Positions 15,895-24,000 are shown, numbered from the stretch's first letter. The stretch is 24,000 bases of DNA from Candidatus Pelearchaeum sp. (GCA_015520425.1 WAQC01000142.1:1-24000); one strand, 5' to 3'. Numbers and translations: made by a program. The notes: a model not told the origin generated them from the sequence alone.

Positions 15895-16449
15895 ATGTCA
15901 GAGGCCTCTCAGAGGTTTGGGAGGCTTCGCGAATTAGAGCTTTTACGAAGAGATGCGGCGAAACAATTCTCCACACCAGCTAAGATACCTTTTCTCCCCT
16001 CACCTACACACATAGTTAGGCGTATGCTGGAGATAGCTGACGTTAGGCCTGGAGAGGTTGTATACGACCTGGGATGCGGAGATGCCCGTATGCTTATAGA
16101 GGCTGCGCGCCTCTTTGATGCGCGGGGTGTTGGGATAGAGCTCCAGCAAAGCCTAGTAACTAAGGCTAGGAGACGCGTGGATGAGCTTGAGCTTGGCGAG
16201 CGGATAAAGATAATGCAGGGCAATCTATTCCAAGCATCACTGAAGGATGCTGATGTTGTGGCGCTCTACCTAACACGCGACGCGCTAACTCGCCTACGGC
16301 CAATACTTGAGGCGGAGCTAAAACCTAATGCCCGCGTAGTAACTCATGACTTTAGAATACGTGGATGGAAGCCAATATACGTGGAGAAGATAGGCGACCA
16401 CAGAATATACCTATACAAACGCCCCATCAATATGATTGGAAAAGAATAA
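15895..16449 (+). CDS. SAM-dependent class I methyltransferase-like protein
   Basis: Motif I VVYDLGCGDARMLIEAARLF, motif II GVGIELQQ, motif III KIMQGNLF. The following VVALYLT departs from the usual [DN]PPY. Confidence 0.8.
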   Translation: MSEASQRFGRLRELELLRRDAAKQFSTPAKIPFLPSPTHIVRRMLEIADVRPGEVVYDLGCGDARMLIEAARLFDARGVGIELQQSLVTKARRRVDELELGERIKIMQGNLFQASLKDADVVALYLTRDALTRLRPILEAELKPNARVVTHDFRIRGWKPIYVEKIGDHRIYLYKRPINMIGKE

Positions 16450-16504
16450 GGATTTCCTAGTTAGGATATATTAGTCGTCGGAAAGGGGAAGGAGAGAAAC
16501 AGGC

Positions 16505-17452
16505 TTGGAAGTCCTATGCGCTCACTGCGGAGCATATAGTAAGATTGAGCGTATCTTTTGTCTAAGATGTAGAAGAAGGATAATCCCACTAACGCCTTAC
16601 GACATAACAATCAATGACTTCATACATCCACAAGACCAAGAAAACTTAGAAGTGCTAAAGGGCTCTCCACTCCTGTCATTCGCCGTCAAACAGGCTGTAA
16701 TTAACCGCCAATCCAAGAAGATGCGCGAGTGGCTTAGACGAAACGCAATTAGGGTAAAGCCGCTCAGCAAGATTGATACACTCATCAGAAACTGCGGAGA
16801 GATACTAGCTATACATATGCTGCCAGAGACGTATATTATTCCATCTAAGGATGTTAATGCATTCACGTTTGGAAGCGATGATAACCCCACTATGGCATTA
16901 ACCTCCGCCATGTTGAAAGTTCTGAACGAGCAGGAACTGCGTGCAGTCATAGGCCATGAGCTCGCCCATATCAAGAGCAAGCACCTGATTTACCACACAT
17001 TAGCAGAATCCCTGGCGCGGGGTGCTGGTATGTTAGCGTCATTCATCGGCTCAGGCCTATTATCGCTAACCATAGAACTACCAATACGGATGCTCCTCCT
17101 AGCATGGCACCGCGAGTCAGAGATATCAGCAGACAGAGCAAGCCTCCTAGTCGTGAAAGACCCAACAATAATAGAGTCGCTCATGCGCAAACTGATGCAA
17201 CACAGCAGAGAATCTGAAGACCCGCTAGAAGAGGACGAGATTGATGAATATTTCAAAACACATCCAAACTATGGACGAAGAATCAAAGAAGTACGGAAAT
17301 TTTATAACAGTAGAAAATACAGCGAAGCGATGGCGAAGCTTGAGAAAAGACTGGAGATAGCCGCCGCCTTAGCTCCAGCATGTAAGTTTTGTGGCGAACC
17401 AAAACACTGGCTAGATATATTCTGTCAGAAATGTGGAAAAAGCCAGCTATAA
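16505..17452 (+). CDS. M48-family zinc metalloprotease flanked by N- and C-terminal zinc ribbons (TTG start)
   Basis: HELAH with downstream ESEISADRAS (third zinc ligand region). N-terminal CAHCGAYSKIERIFCLRC and C-terminal CKFCGEPKHWLDIFCQKC knuckles. Confidence 0.85.
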   Translation: MEVLCAHCGAYSKIERIFCLRCRRRIIPLTPYDITINDFIHPQDQENLEVLKGSPLLSFAVKQAVINRQSKKMREWLRRNAIRVKPLSKIDTLIRNCGEILAIHMLPETYIIPSKDVNAFTFGSDDNPTMALTSAMLKVLNEQELRAVIGHELAHIKSKHLIYHTLAESLARGAGMLASFIGSGLLSLTIELPIRMLLLAWHRESEISADRASLLVVKDPTIIESLMRKLMQHSRESEDPLEEDEIDEYFKTHPNYGRRIKEVRKFYNSRKYSEAMAKLEKRLEIAAALAPACKFCGEPKHWLDIFCQKCGKSQL

Positions 17453-17512
17453 GGTTGTTTGATTAAAATAATTTTTGGAGGCGAGATAAGTTGATGAAAC
17501 TTCCTCTGGTGT

Positions 17513-17938
17513 TTATGGCGGGGTTATCTTGATGGCCTTCGTTGGGCAAGACGATTCGCATGCCATGCAGAAGATGCAGTCAGCCTCCCTGATGGGGTCT
17601 GACTTGTCTGTCCGATATTTATCGTAGAGCTCTCCCTCAAGGGGGTATAAGTCGTTCCCTGTTCCTGAATTGCCTGGGTTGAGAAGCCACTCAAACACGT
17701 TGACTGGGCAAACATCCATGCATATTCCATCAGCAACGCATGAATCAAAATCTACTGCTACGCGTGTGCCGTGTATTCCTAGTTTTGTTGGGTATGGGTT
17801 GCCGTTCGCGTCTAGCCTTTGTATTCCTTCAGCCCTTACCTCATGGTCGTGGTGCTTGCCTGTAACTGGGTATTCGTCTGGCTTATTTAGAAAGTCTGGG
17901 TCAATTCCTTTTGGTGTGTAATCAACCTGCCGAGCCAA
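17513..17938 (-). CDS. zfx: Zinc-containing ferredoxin (archaeal zfx type)
   Basis: N-terminal extension GKHHDHEVRAEGIQRLDANGNPYPTKLGIHGTRVAVDFDSC...; clusters CVADGICMDVCPVNVFEWLLNPG and CIFCMACESSCPTKAI. TTG start. Confidence 0.9.
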   Translation of the reverse strand: MARQVDYTPKGIDPDFLNKPDEYPVTGKHHDHEVRAEGIQRLDANGNPYPTKLGIHGTRVAVDFDSCVADGICMDVCPVNVFEWLLNPGNSGTGNDLYPLEGELYDKYRTDKSDPIREADCIFCMACESSCPTKAIKITPP

Positions 17939-18022
17939 GCCTGCTCGTAGGATGGCTCAACGCCTCCACTATATAAGTTACAAGCCGCTAAACCTGCCCA
18001 GTGATATAACGCTGTATTGCTA

Positions 18023-19438
18023 TTATGAGAGGCTTAATTTCCCAGGGTTCATTATGTTATTCGGGTCTAGGGCTCTCTTTATCTGACGGAGGGCTTCCAG
18101 GCCATCTATCCCATGCTCACGCTCCATATACTTGGAGAGTCTCACGCCTACACCGTGGCAATATTCCATAGAGCCGCCCATATTATGGCAGAGCGCCATG
18201 AGCTCATCAAATGCTTCCAGCATCTCGCGGGCAGCCTCCGCGAAGCTTGGCTCTGGAAGCTTGACCATAACCATGGAGAAGAGTTCGGGTTGCTTCCAGA
18301 TGGAGCGGTCAAGTATCTTTATTCCCCGCTTCGCTAGTATTGGTGCGCTCTTCTCCCTATACGCCAGAACCCTGCTGGCTGGTAGGTAGATGTGGATGAA
18401 GTCAAGTAGAACCTCACCCAGCCATTCAGGAAATGTATCCTCGCGTATTATGCGCTCATACCTATACATTGGCTCGTGCCTAGTCTCCCAATATTCAACA
18501 GCCCAGGAATCATCTTTACGCCTGCCTCCAAACTGCTCACAGATACGCGATACCCGCTCCGCTACTGCCTCAACATATTCAGAGAAGCCCTCAACCATCA
18601 GAAAGAGATTGGCAGGATAGCTCCCCATAGGGTCTACAGGGCCATCACCCTCCTCACCATAATCAACCACTGTAGGCACTGCTCGGCTTTCATACATCTT
18701 CATTATAGCGTTAAAACCATCTGCGAATGTTTCAAACTCGTATCCAAGTAGCTTCTGGCGCTCAGGCTGGGGAAATACACGAAGCGTAGCCTTGGTTATT
18801 ATTCCAAGAGTTCCCTCCGCGCCTATGAAGAGCTGCGTCAGGCTGGGGCCTGTTGAGCTATCCTCGGCTGGCCGCGTTTCTATTTTAGCGCCCGTTGGGA
18901 GTACTACCTCAAGGCCCAAGACTTGTCGCCTTATAGAGCCGTAGCCCGCGGCGGTGTAGCCCATGCCGTTGGTTGATATGCTACCACCAAGCGTTGCACG
19001 GGGCCTGCTCCACGGGTCGTGGCCCAGCATAAGGCCTTTCTCCCTTAAAGCGGCGTCAAGCTCGCCTAGGGTAATGCCAGCCTCAGCGGTAACAGTCCTA
19101 TCTCTCACATTTATCTCTAGTATCTTATTCATTCTACTTAGGTTGATAACTATAGAATTAGTGAGCGACGCGGCTCCTCCCATTAAGCCAGTGCCACCAC
19201 CATAGGGAACTATCGGAACCCTATGCGTATTTGCTAGTTTTACTATCTCCTCCACCTCTTCCGCCGAGTAAGGCTTCACAACAACTATACTACGACCGCG
19301 CGATGGGAGGGTAAACGGCCTGAAACGCAGTAAAGCGTCGCGCGAGTATATCTTAGTTTCCTCGCCTGAAGTTACTACATTATCCTCCCCTACAATACTC
19401 GTCAAATCCCTAATAACCTGGCTACTTAATGTGCTCAT
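18023..19438 (-). CDS. FAD-linked oxidase, glycolate oxidase GlcD / D-lactate dehydrogenase-like
   Basis: PYGGGTGLMGGAASLTNSIVINLSRMNKILEINVRDRTVTAEAGITLGELDAAL (FAD-binding PP loop), GPSLTQLFIGAEGTLGIITKATLRVFP, C-terminal LDPNNIMNPGKL. ATG at 19438 preferred over 19468. Confidence 0.9.
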   Translation of the reverse strand: MSTLSSQVIRDLTSIVGEDNVVTSGEETKIYSRDALLRFRPFTLPSRGRSIVVVKPYSAEEVEEIVKLANTHRVPIVPYGGGTGLMGGAASLTNSIVINLSRMNKILEINVRDRTVTAEAGITLGELDAALREKGLMLGHDPWSRPRATLGGSISTNGMGYTAAGYGSIRRQVLGLEVVLPTGAKIETRPAEDSSTGPSLTQLFIGAEGTLGIITKATLRVFPQPERQKLLGYEFETFADGFNAIMKMYESRAVPTVVDYGEEGDGPVDPMGSYPANLFLMVEGFSEYVEAVAERVSRICEQFGGRRKDDSWAVEYWETRHEPMYRYERIIREDTFPEWLGEVLLDFIHIYLPASRVLAYREKSAPILAKRGIKILDRSIWKQPELFSMVMVKLPEPSFAEAAREMLEAFDELMALCHNMGGSMEYCHGVGVRLSKYMEREHGIDGLEALRQIKRALDPNNIMNPGKLSLS

Positions 19439-19486
19439 GCCCAGCGTCACCCGCGCTAAGCTAAACAAAAACCTAAATCCAAATAC

Positions 19487-19888
19487 CTACCTTATCCCCC
19501 AACTAACCTTCTTTAAGGGAGTCACCGCTATAAACGGCGCTTCACCCTCATCCCACGGGTCGCGCCTAACCCAAGCGAAACGTTCATAGAAGATTGAATA
19601 CACACGTTTAAACTCAGGCCCCCTGTCTAAGAGTGTTGCCTCTCCCTCAATTAGTATTCCGCGATTAGGCTTATAGACATCTATAACAAGCGCAACCTTG
19701 TTGTTCTTCTGTACGTTCCTCACTTTTCGCGACTCATAATCTACTCCTATGTAGAATCTCCCATCCAAGAACACGTAATTAACGGGAACTACGTGCGGAC
19801 GGCAGTCTGGATATACTGTGGCTAGCCTACATAGGTCAAGGCTTTGGATGAACTTTAGTTCTTTCTCTGTAAATTTCACAGCGCACAT
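19487..19888 (-). CDS. Pyridoxamine 5'-phosphate oxidase-like flavin/F420-binding protein
   Basis: FIQSLDLCRLATVYPDCRPHVVPVNYVFLDGRFYIGVDYESRKVRNVQKNNKVALVID: typical PPOX split-barrel pattern. Confidence 0.8.
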   Translation of the reverse strand: MCAVKFTEKELKFIQSLDLCRLATVYPDCRPHVVPVNYVFLDGRFYIGVDYESRKVRNVQKNNKVALVIDVYKPNRGILIEGEATLLDRGPEFKRVYSIFYERFAWVRRDPWDEGEAPFIAVTPLKKVSWGIR

Positions 19889-19933
19889 ACTATTTCCCCA
19901 CTCATCGCGGCGTTAAAACATTATGCGGGAAAG

Positions 19934-20302
19934 ATGCCTGTGTATACGGTGAGAATAAGCGGCGCAAAATCGTTAATTAGCAGTAGCTGTCTAAATCTCT
20001 CTAGAGAAAGATTGGCCTGGGATATTATCATAATTGCTGCTGTATTTATAGTCACGACACTCATAGCCCTACTTTATACGCGGTATTTCATCAAGAAGAT
20101 GGGTAGAAATATACCGCCTCCACCGCCCCCGCCTCCTCCACCGCCACAACAAACTGTGATAGTCTCTGTGGAAGACCTAAGAAATCTCCCGCAACCTCCA
20201 AGCCCTAAACTAGGTGCTCAAGTCATGGAGCTTCGTGAGCGCGTCAGGAATATGGAGGAGAGAGTAAAGAAGATTTTGGAGGAGGTTGATGAGATTGCAT
20301 AA
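19934..20302 (+). CDS. Small membrane protein: one TM segment, run of 11 prolines, C-terminal coiled coil
   Basis: LAWDIIIIAAVFIVTTLIALLYTRYFIKK, IPPPPPPPPPPPQQ, QVMELRERVRNMEERVKKILEEVDEIA. Overlaps the rpiA start. Confidence 0.65.
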   Translation: MPVYTVRISGAKSLISSSCLNLSRERLAWDIIIIAAVFIVTTLIALLYTRYFIKKMGRNIPPPPPPPPPPPQQTVIVSVEDLRNLPQPPSPKLGAQVMELRERVRNMEERVKKILEEVDEIA

Positions 20303-20996
20303 GAATAATGCAACTGTTCAAGAAGCGCGTCGCGCAGCCATAATGAGGGCGCTTGAGGAGATTAAAGATGGAATGGTATTAGGTCTGGGAAGCGGCACTA
20401 CCGTTGCGCAGCTAATAGAAGAGTTGGGTAAGATAGTTCGCGGAAAAGGGTTGAGAATCTCGGTAATCCCCAGCTCATACCAAAGCTACCATAAGGCGAT
20501 TGAGCAGGGACTAAAGATAACGTGGCTTGATGAGAATCCAAACCCAGACTTGGTGATAGACAGCTTTGACCAAGTAGATTCTTCTGGCAACGCTATCAAA
20601 GGAGGTGGGGCGGCACTCATGCGTGAAAAGATACTATGCGCAGCCTCGCGACGCGTTATACTCGTAGGTGATGAGAAGAAGCTTGTCGCAAATCTAAACA
20701 TGCCAGTACCTGTTGAGGTCCTCCCTTTTGCTAAAGAGTTCGTAATGCAGTATCTTCGTAAAATAGGCGGTAACCCAAAGCTAAGGGAAGGTACTGGAAA
20801 AGTGGGGCCAATAATAACTGATAACGGAAATATGTTAATAGACGTTAATTTTGGAGTGATTAATGACCCAGAAGGGTTAGACACCCGCTTACATCGCATA
20901 CCTGGTTTGTTGGAGACGGGTATATTCGTTGGGATGGCGCATCGCATAATAATAGGAAAATCTGATGGTAATGTCAGAGAGATTTTACAAAAATAA
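20289..20996 (+). CDS. rpiA: Ribose-5-phosphate isomerase A
   Basis: GMVLGLGSGTTVAQLIEELG, DLVIDSFDQVDSSGNAIKGGGAALMREKI, LPVEVLPFAKE-type segment (VPVEVLPFAKEFV), DNGNMLIDVNFG. Confidence 0.93.
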   Translation: MRLHKNNATVQEARRAAIMRALEEIKDGMVLGLGSGTTVAQLIEELGKIVRGKGLRISVIPSSYQSYHKAIEQGLKITWLDENPNPDLVIDSFDQVDSSGNAIKGGGAALMREKILCAASRRVILVGDEKKLVANLNMPVPVEVLPFAKEFVMQYLRKIGGNPKLREGTGKVGPIITDNGNMLIDVNFGVINDPEGLDTRLHRIPGLLETGIFVGMAHRIIIGKSDGNVREILQK

Positions 20997-21030
20997 TTTT
21001 AGGGAATTAAAGGTTCTTGTTTTTGGTTGT

Positions 21031-21198
21031 TTAGAGCTTTGACAGCTCGCCAGATAGTATCTTATCTACGAGGGCGTTCCACTCCTCTTTCTTGAGGACG
21101 CAGAGGTTGCCCTCCTCACCTATCTGGACGCTGTCTTGCTCTACGACAACCATCGGGCAGCATCCGCCGCTACCGCATAGGAAGACTGTTTTGGCCAT
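21031..21198 (-). CDS. 55-aa Cys-rich mini-protein (below the track's size cut-off)
   Basis: Minus-strand translation: MAKTVFLCGSGGCCPMVVVEQDSVQIGEEGNLCVLKKEEWNALVDKILSGELSKL*. It has a clean start and stop, a CGSGGCC cluster, and fills the gap between rpiA and the HAD gene. Confidence 0.65.
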   Translation of the reverse strand: MAKTVFLCGSGGCCPMVVVEQDSVQIGEEGNLCVLKKEEWNALVDKILSGELSKL

Positions 21199-21286
21199 CT
21201 ACTTCACCTGCCAAGATAAAGGGATTACGCGTATTAATAAGTTGTTTCGTTAAACTGTTAAAGAACGGCCCAAGGGTCCTTTTCTG

Positions 21287-21976
21287 CTAGGAGCGCAGAA
21301 TCCCCACCAATTCTTCAAAATCTCTAACTATACTGTCTGGTTTTTGGTCAAATTCATCAAATACTGATGACTGTCTATTTACCCAGACGGTCTTAAGGCC
21401 ATATGACTTGGAGCCTATAGCGTCAAATGGGGAGCCTGCGACATGCATAATCTCTTCTGGCCTAAGGCTCCATCTCCTCACGGCCTGCTCATATATTGCT
21501 GGGTGTGGCTTGTAGACGCCTACATTCTCGGCTGAGAAGATGGCGTCAAACCTAACGTCAAGACGCCTTACTAAGCTCTCTAGCATGTCGTTATCACCGT
21601 TAGAGAGGGGCGCAAGCATATACCCCATCTCACGAAGCCTACGCAACGCTGGGATGACATCAGGAAACGGCTTTAACTCATACCATGCCGAGATAAGCTC
21701 AGAGAAAGCATTGGATGAAAAGCTAATGGCAAATGCCTTAACAGTATACCGCAACGCTCTCTCAGTTATCTCGCGAAAGCTCATCCACCCCTTGCCAAGC
21801 ATCGTGTTTATTTGAGTGTAGGATAGTTGCTTGGTACGCCATACAGTCATGAAGCTCTCCACATTAACTGCAGCGCCAGATTCTCTTAGGATTGACTCAA
21901 CACGCGGAATAAGGCTGCCATGCCAGTCAAATAGTGTGCCAAACACGTCAAATGTTATTCCCTTAACTCCAGCCAT
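21287..21976 (-). CDS. HAD superfamily hydrolase, (S)-2-haloacid dehalogenase-like
   Basis: ITFDVFGTLFDWHGSL (motif I), LAPLSNGD (motif II), YKPHPAIYEQAVRRWSLRPEEIMHVAGSPFDAIGSKSYGLKTVWVNR (motifs III/IV). Confidence 0.87.
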   Translation of the reverse strand: MAGVKGITFDVFGTLFDWHGSLIPRVESILRESGAAVNVESFMTVWRTKQLSYTQINTMLGKGWMSFREITERALRYTVKAFAISFSSNAFSELISAWYELKPFPDVIPALRRLREMGYMLAPLSNGDNDMLESLVRRLDVRFDAIFSAENVGVYKPHPAIYEQAVRRWSLRPEEIMHVAGSPFDAIGSKSYGLKTVWVNRQSSVFDEFDQKPDSIVRDFEELVGILRS

Positions 21977-22017
21977 ACGATATTATAGAAAATCGTGAAG
22001 ATAGATAAAATATTCCT

Positions 22018-22569
22018 TTAATGTTGCTCTCTGCTTTTTTCGGACCCCCAGCCAGAGTACTCTGGCATATTACGGGCGTCTTCCATCTTCTCTTGATGAG
22101 CTCTTATCGCTTGTGAATGTTTATGGAATAGTAGCGCTCCTAAGAACCATAGGGAAGCCAGCGCTGTGGGTATAATGGCTGCGAATCCATGAATGGGTAT
22201 TGATGCAACCCCGTAAGCAGTCCCTGCAACACCCACAACCATCGCCGCCCACACTCCGCCTGTTGTTCCTAGAAATAGAAATAAGGCAAGCAACAAAAAT
22301 AAGATATAGGCGACTACCTCTGGAATGAGCGTGAATGATATCATGAGATTTATGAGCGTAGGCGATGATGGGGTGAGGAAACTGAAGAAAGTGTAGCCTA
22401 TGATGAGAAGTACCCCATATTCGCGGGCGGTAAAGATTTTTCGCCCCTCGCGAGGCGTCTCAACCAACGTAAGGGTGTATTCAGATTGACAGTTGGGGCA
22501 TACAGCTTTCCAAGCCTGTAAGTAATACTCAGCCCCACACTCGGAGCACACGAACCTATGCCTCTCCAT
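22018..22569 (-). CDS. Zinc-ribbon membrane protein of unknown function
   Basis: N-terminal FVCSECGAEYYLQAWKAVCPNCQ zinc ribbon followed by several hydrophobic segments and a charged C-terminus (HSQAIRAHQEKMEDARN). Confidence 0.65.
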   Translation of the reverse strand: MERHRFVCSECGAEYYLQAWKAVCPNCQSEYTLTLVETPREGRKIFTAREYGVLLIIGYTFFSFLTPSSPTLINLMISFTLIPEVVAYILFLLLALFLFLGTTGGVWAAMVVGVAGTAYGVASIPIHGFAAIIPTALASLWFLGALLFHKHSQAIRAHQEKMEDARNMPEYSGWGSEKSREQH

Positions 22570-22662
22570 ATCAAGCCACCAGAGCCCAGCATGTCATAAT
22601 ATATGTTGCTTAGTTATTCAATCCATTGTTTAAATACGCCTAAATGCATACCATTATCCAAT

Positions 22663-23625
22663 ATGAGTGAGTACGACGTTATAATCATAGGAAGCGGCCC
22701 TGCAGGCTACACTGCCGCAATATACACGTGCCGCGCAAATCTAAAGACCTTGATAATAGCTGGGATAGAGAGCGGCGGCCAGCTCATGCTCACACGCGAG
22801 GTTGAGAACTATCCTGGTTTCCCTGAGGGGGTGCTTGGGCCAGACCTGATGGAGCGTATGAGGCAGCAGGCAGAGAATATGGGCGCCGAAATAATCTACG
22901 AGGATGCCACTGCAGTGGATTTTAAAAGCTATCCATTGAAAGTGTTTGTGGAAGACAGGGAATATGTGGCTAAGGCTGTGATAATCGCAACAGGCGCCTC
23001 CCCCAAATGGCTTGGTCTAGAGTCTGAGAAACGCCTCTTAGGCAGGGGGGTCTCTAGCTGTGCTACCTGCGATGGACCATTATTCAAGGGAGCTAACAAT
23101 GTTGTGGTGGTCGGAGGCGGAGACGCTGCTATGGAATACGCCCTCTACCTCGCTAATCTAGTCAATAAAGTTACAGTAGTCCACCGCCGTGATAAGCTTC
23201 GCGCATCTAAAGTCATGCAAGAGAGAGCCTTCTCTAATCCTAAGATAGAGTTCATCTGGAATAGCGTGGTAAGCGATATACTGGGTGAAAACCGTGTTGA
23301 GGGTGTTAAGGTGAAGAATATACAGAATGGCGAGGAGAGTGTTATAAAATGCGAGGCTATCTTTATCGCCATAGGCCATAAACCAAATACTGACATATTC
23401 AAGGGACAGGTTGAACTGGATGAAATCGGATATGTAAAGCTACATAATGGTATGGAGACGAGTGTTAGAGGCGTATTTGCCGCTGGTGATGTCCATGACT
23501 ATAAGTATAGACAGGCCATTACCGCCGCTGGCTACGGATGTATGGCAGCTATGGAGGCTATCAGGTTTATTGAGGAGGGAATACCAGAAAAGCTAGCTGA
23601 GGCTCGCCAAGCACACACGGCATAA
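22663..23625 (+). CDS. trxB: Thioredoxin reductase-like FAD/NAD(P) disulfide oxidoreductase
   Basis: YDVIIIGSGPAGYTAAIYTCRA, CATCDG redox motif, VVVVGGGDAAMEYALYLA, GVFAAGDVHDYKYRQAITAAGYGCMAAMEA. ATG at 22663 preferred over 22603. Confidence 0.93.
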   Translation: MSEYDVIIIGSGPAGYTAAIYTCRANLKTLIIAGIESGGQLMLTREVENYPGFPEGVLGPDLMERMRQQAENMGAEIIYEDATAVDFKSYPLKVFVEDREYVAKAVIIATGASPKWLGLESEKRLLGRGVSSCATCDGPLFKGANNVVVVGGGDAAMEYALYLANLVNKVTVVHRRDKLRASKVMQERAFSNPKIEFIWNSVVSDILGENRVEGVKVKNIQNGEESVIKCEAIFIAIGHKPNTDIFKGQVELDEIGYVKLHNGMETSVRGVFAAGDVHDYKYRQAITAAGYGCMAAMEAIRFIEEGIPEKLAEARQAHTA

Positions 23626-23658
23626 GAATACCATAGGAAAGATACTCGGTGATGATAT

Positions 23659-23961
23659 GTGGTTAAGGTTATGTACCTACTAAAGAAGAAGCAAAACCTT
23701 AGCTTGGAAGACTTCAAAAATTACTGGCTCACAAAACATGTTCCTATAGTGCTTAAACTGCCGAATCTTCGCCGCTATGTAGTTAGCGTCAGCATTGATG
23801 AGCGCTCTGAATTCGCTGGGGTGGCTGAGCTCTGGTTTGAAAATCGCGAAGAGATGCGCGCAGCTCTAAAATCTGATGTAGGTAAGGAAATGGTTTCAGA
23901 TGCTTCCAACTTCGTGGAGAGCGCCATAATGCTCGTTGTGGAGGAGAATGTTATCCGCTAA
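23659..23961 (+). CDS. EthD-like / ferredoxin-fold dimeric alpha-beta barrel protein
   Basis: MVKVMYLLKKKQNLSLEDFKNYWLTKHVPIVLKLPNLRRYVVSVS...GVAELWFENREEMRAAL: EthD-domain pattern. Confidence 0.75.
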   Translation: MVKVMYLLKKKQNLSLEDFKNYWLTKHVPIVLKLPNLRRYVVSVSIDERSEFAGVAELWFENREEMRAALKSDVGKEMVSDASNFVESAIMLVVEENVIR

Positions 23962-24000
23962 ACCTCTACAAAGACTTCCTGCTCTCTAATCACTACCTTG
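23958..24000 (-). CDS. Possible 3' terminus of a minus-strand gene running off the window
   Basis: The frame reads ..KVVIREQEVFVEV* on the minus strand up to the window edge; too short to identify. Confidence 0.25.
   Translation of the reverse strand, partial: KVVIREQEVFVEV

Noticed and set aside
15637-15976. ORFs 15637-15831, 15776-15976 and the 3' part of 15206-15706
   Set aside because: They overlap the 5S rRNA and its promoter. The translations are low-complexity in composition and match nothing recognisable.
20114-20146. Pro-codon run as a DNA microsatellite or repeat element
   Set aside because: The codons are mixed (ccg/cct/cca/ccc), so it is not a simple tandem DNA repeat. It is better explained as protein-level selection and is reported there.
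1-24000. CRISPR array, transposon or large tandem repeat
   Set aside because: Reading through the window I saw no regularly spaced direct repeats, inverted terminal repeats or transposase/integrase motifs. The nearly uninterrupted operon structure argues against a large mobile element except possibly the small 2352-3490 segment.

Overview
This is an archaeal chromosomal window. The support is leaderless TATA promoters, TTG starts, an intron-containing tRNA-Trp and an archaeal-style stand-alone 5S rRNA; a Thermoproteota-like lineage is inferred. Contents in order: (1) the 3' part of a LIV-I type ABC transporter (livM-livG-livF); (2) a vapB-like antitoxin followed by a vapC/PIN gene with one in-frame nonsense codon, then a decayed winged-HTH gene with two nonsense codons, ending at a tRNA-Trp(CCA) that carries a 24-nt intron; (3) a large nucleoside uptake and catabolism locus: two PfkB sugar kinases, cytidine deaminase, inosine/uridine-type nucleoside hydrolase, deoC, uridine phosphorylase, two BtpA/SgcQ-family TIM-barrel paralogs, and a full BMP-family nucleoside-type ABC transporter; (4) a solitary 5S rRNA on the minus strand with its own promoter, which is not in the ORF track; (5) a housekeeping region: SAM methyltransferase, M48 metalloprotease with terminal zinc ribbons, zinc-type ferredoxin, FAD-linked oxidase, PPOX-like protein, a TM/polyproline/coiled-coil small protein, rpiA, a 55-aa Cys-rich mini-protein missed by the track, a HAD hydrolase, a zinc-ribbon membrane protein, trxB and an EthD-like protein. 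I saw no CRISPR array, transposase or obvious defense system. The strongest 'unknown biology' lead is the pair of BtpA-family paralogs embedded in the nucleoside catabolism locus.
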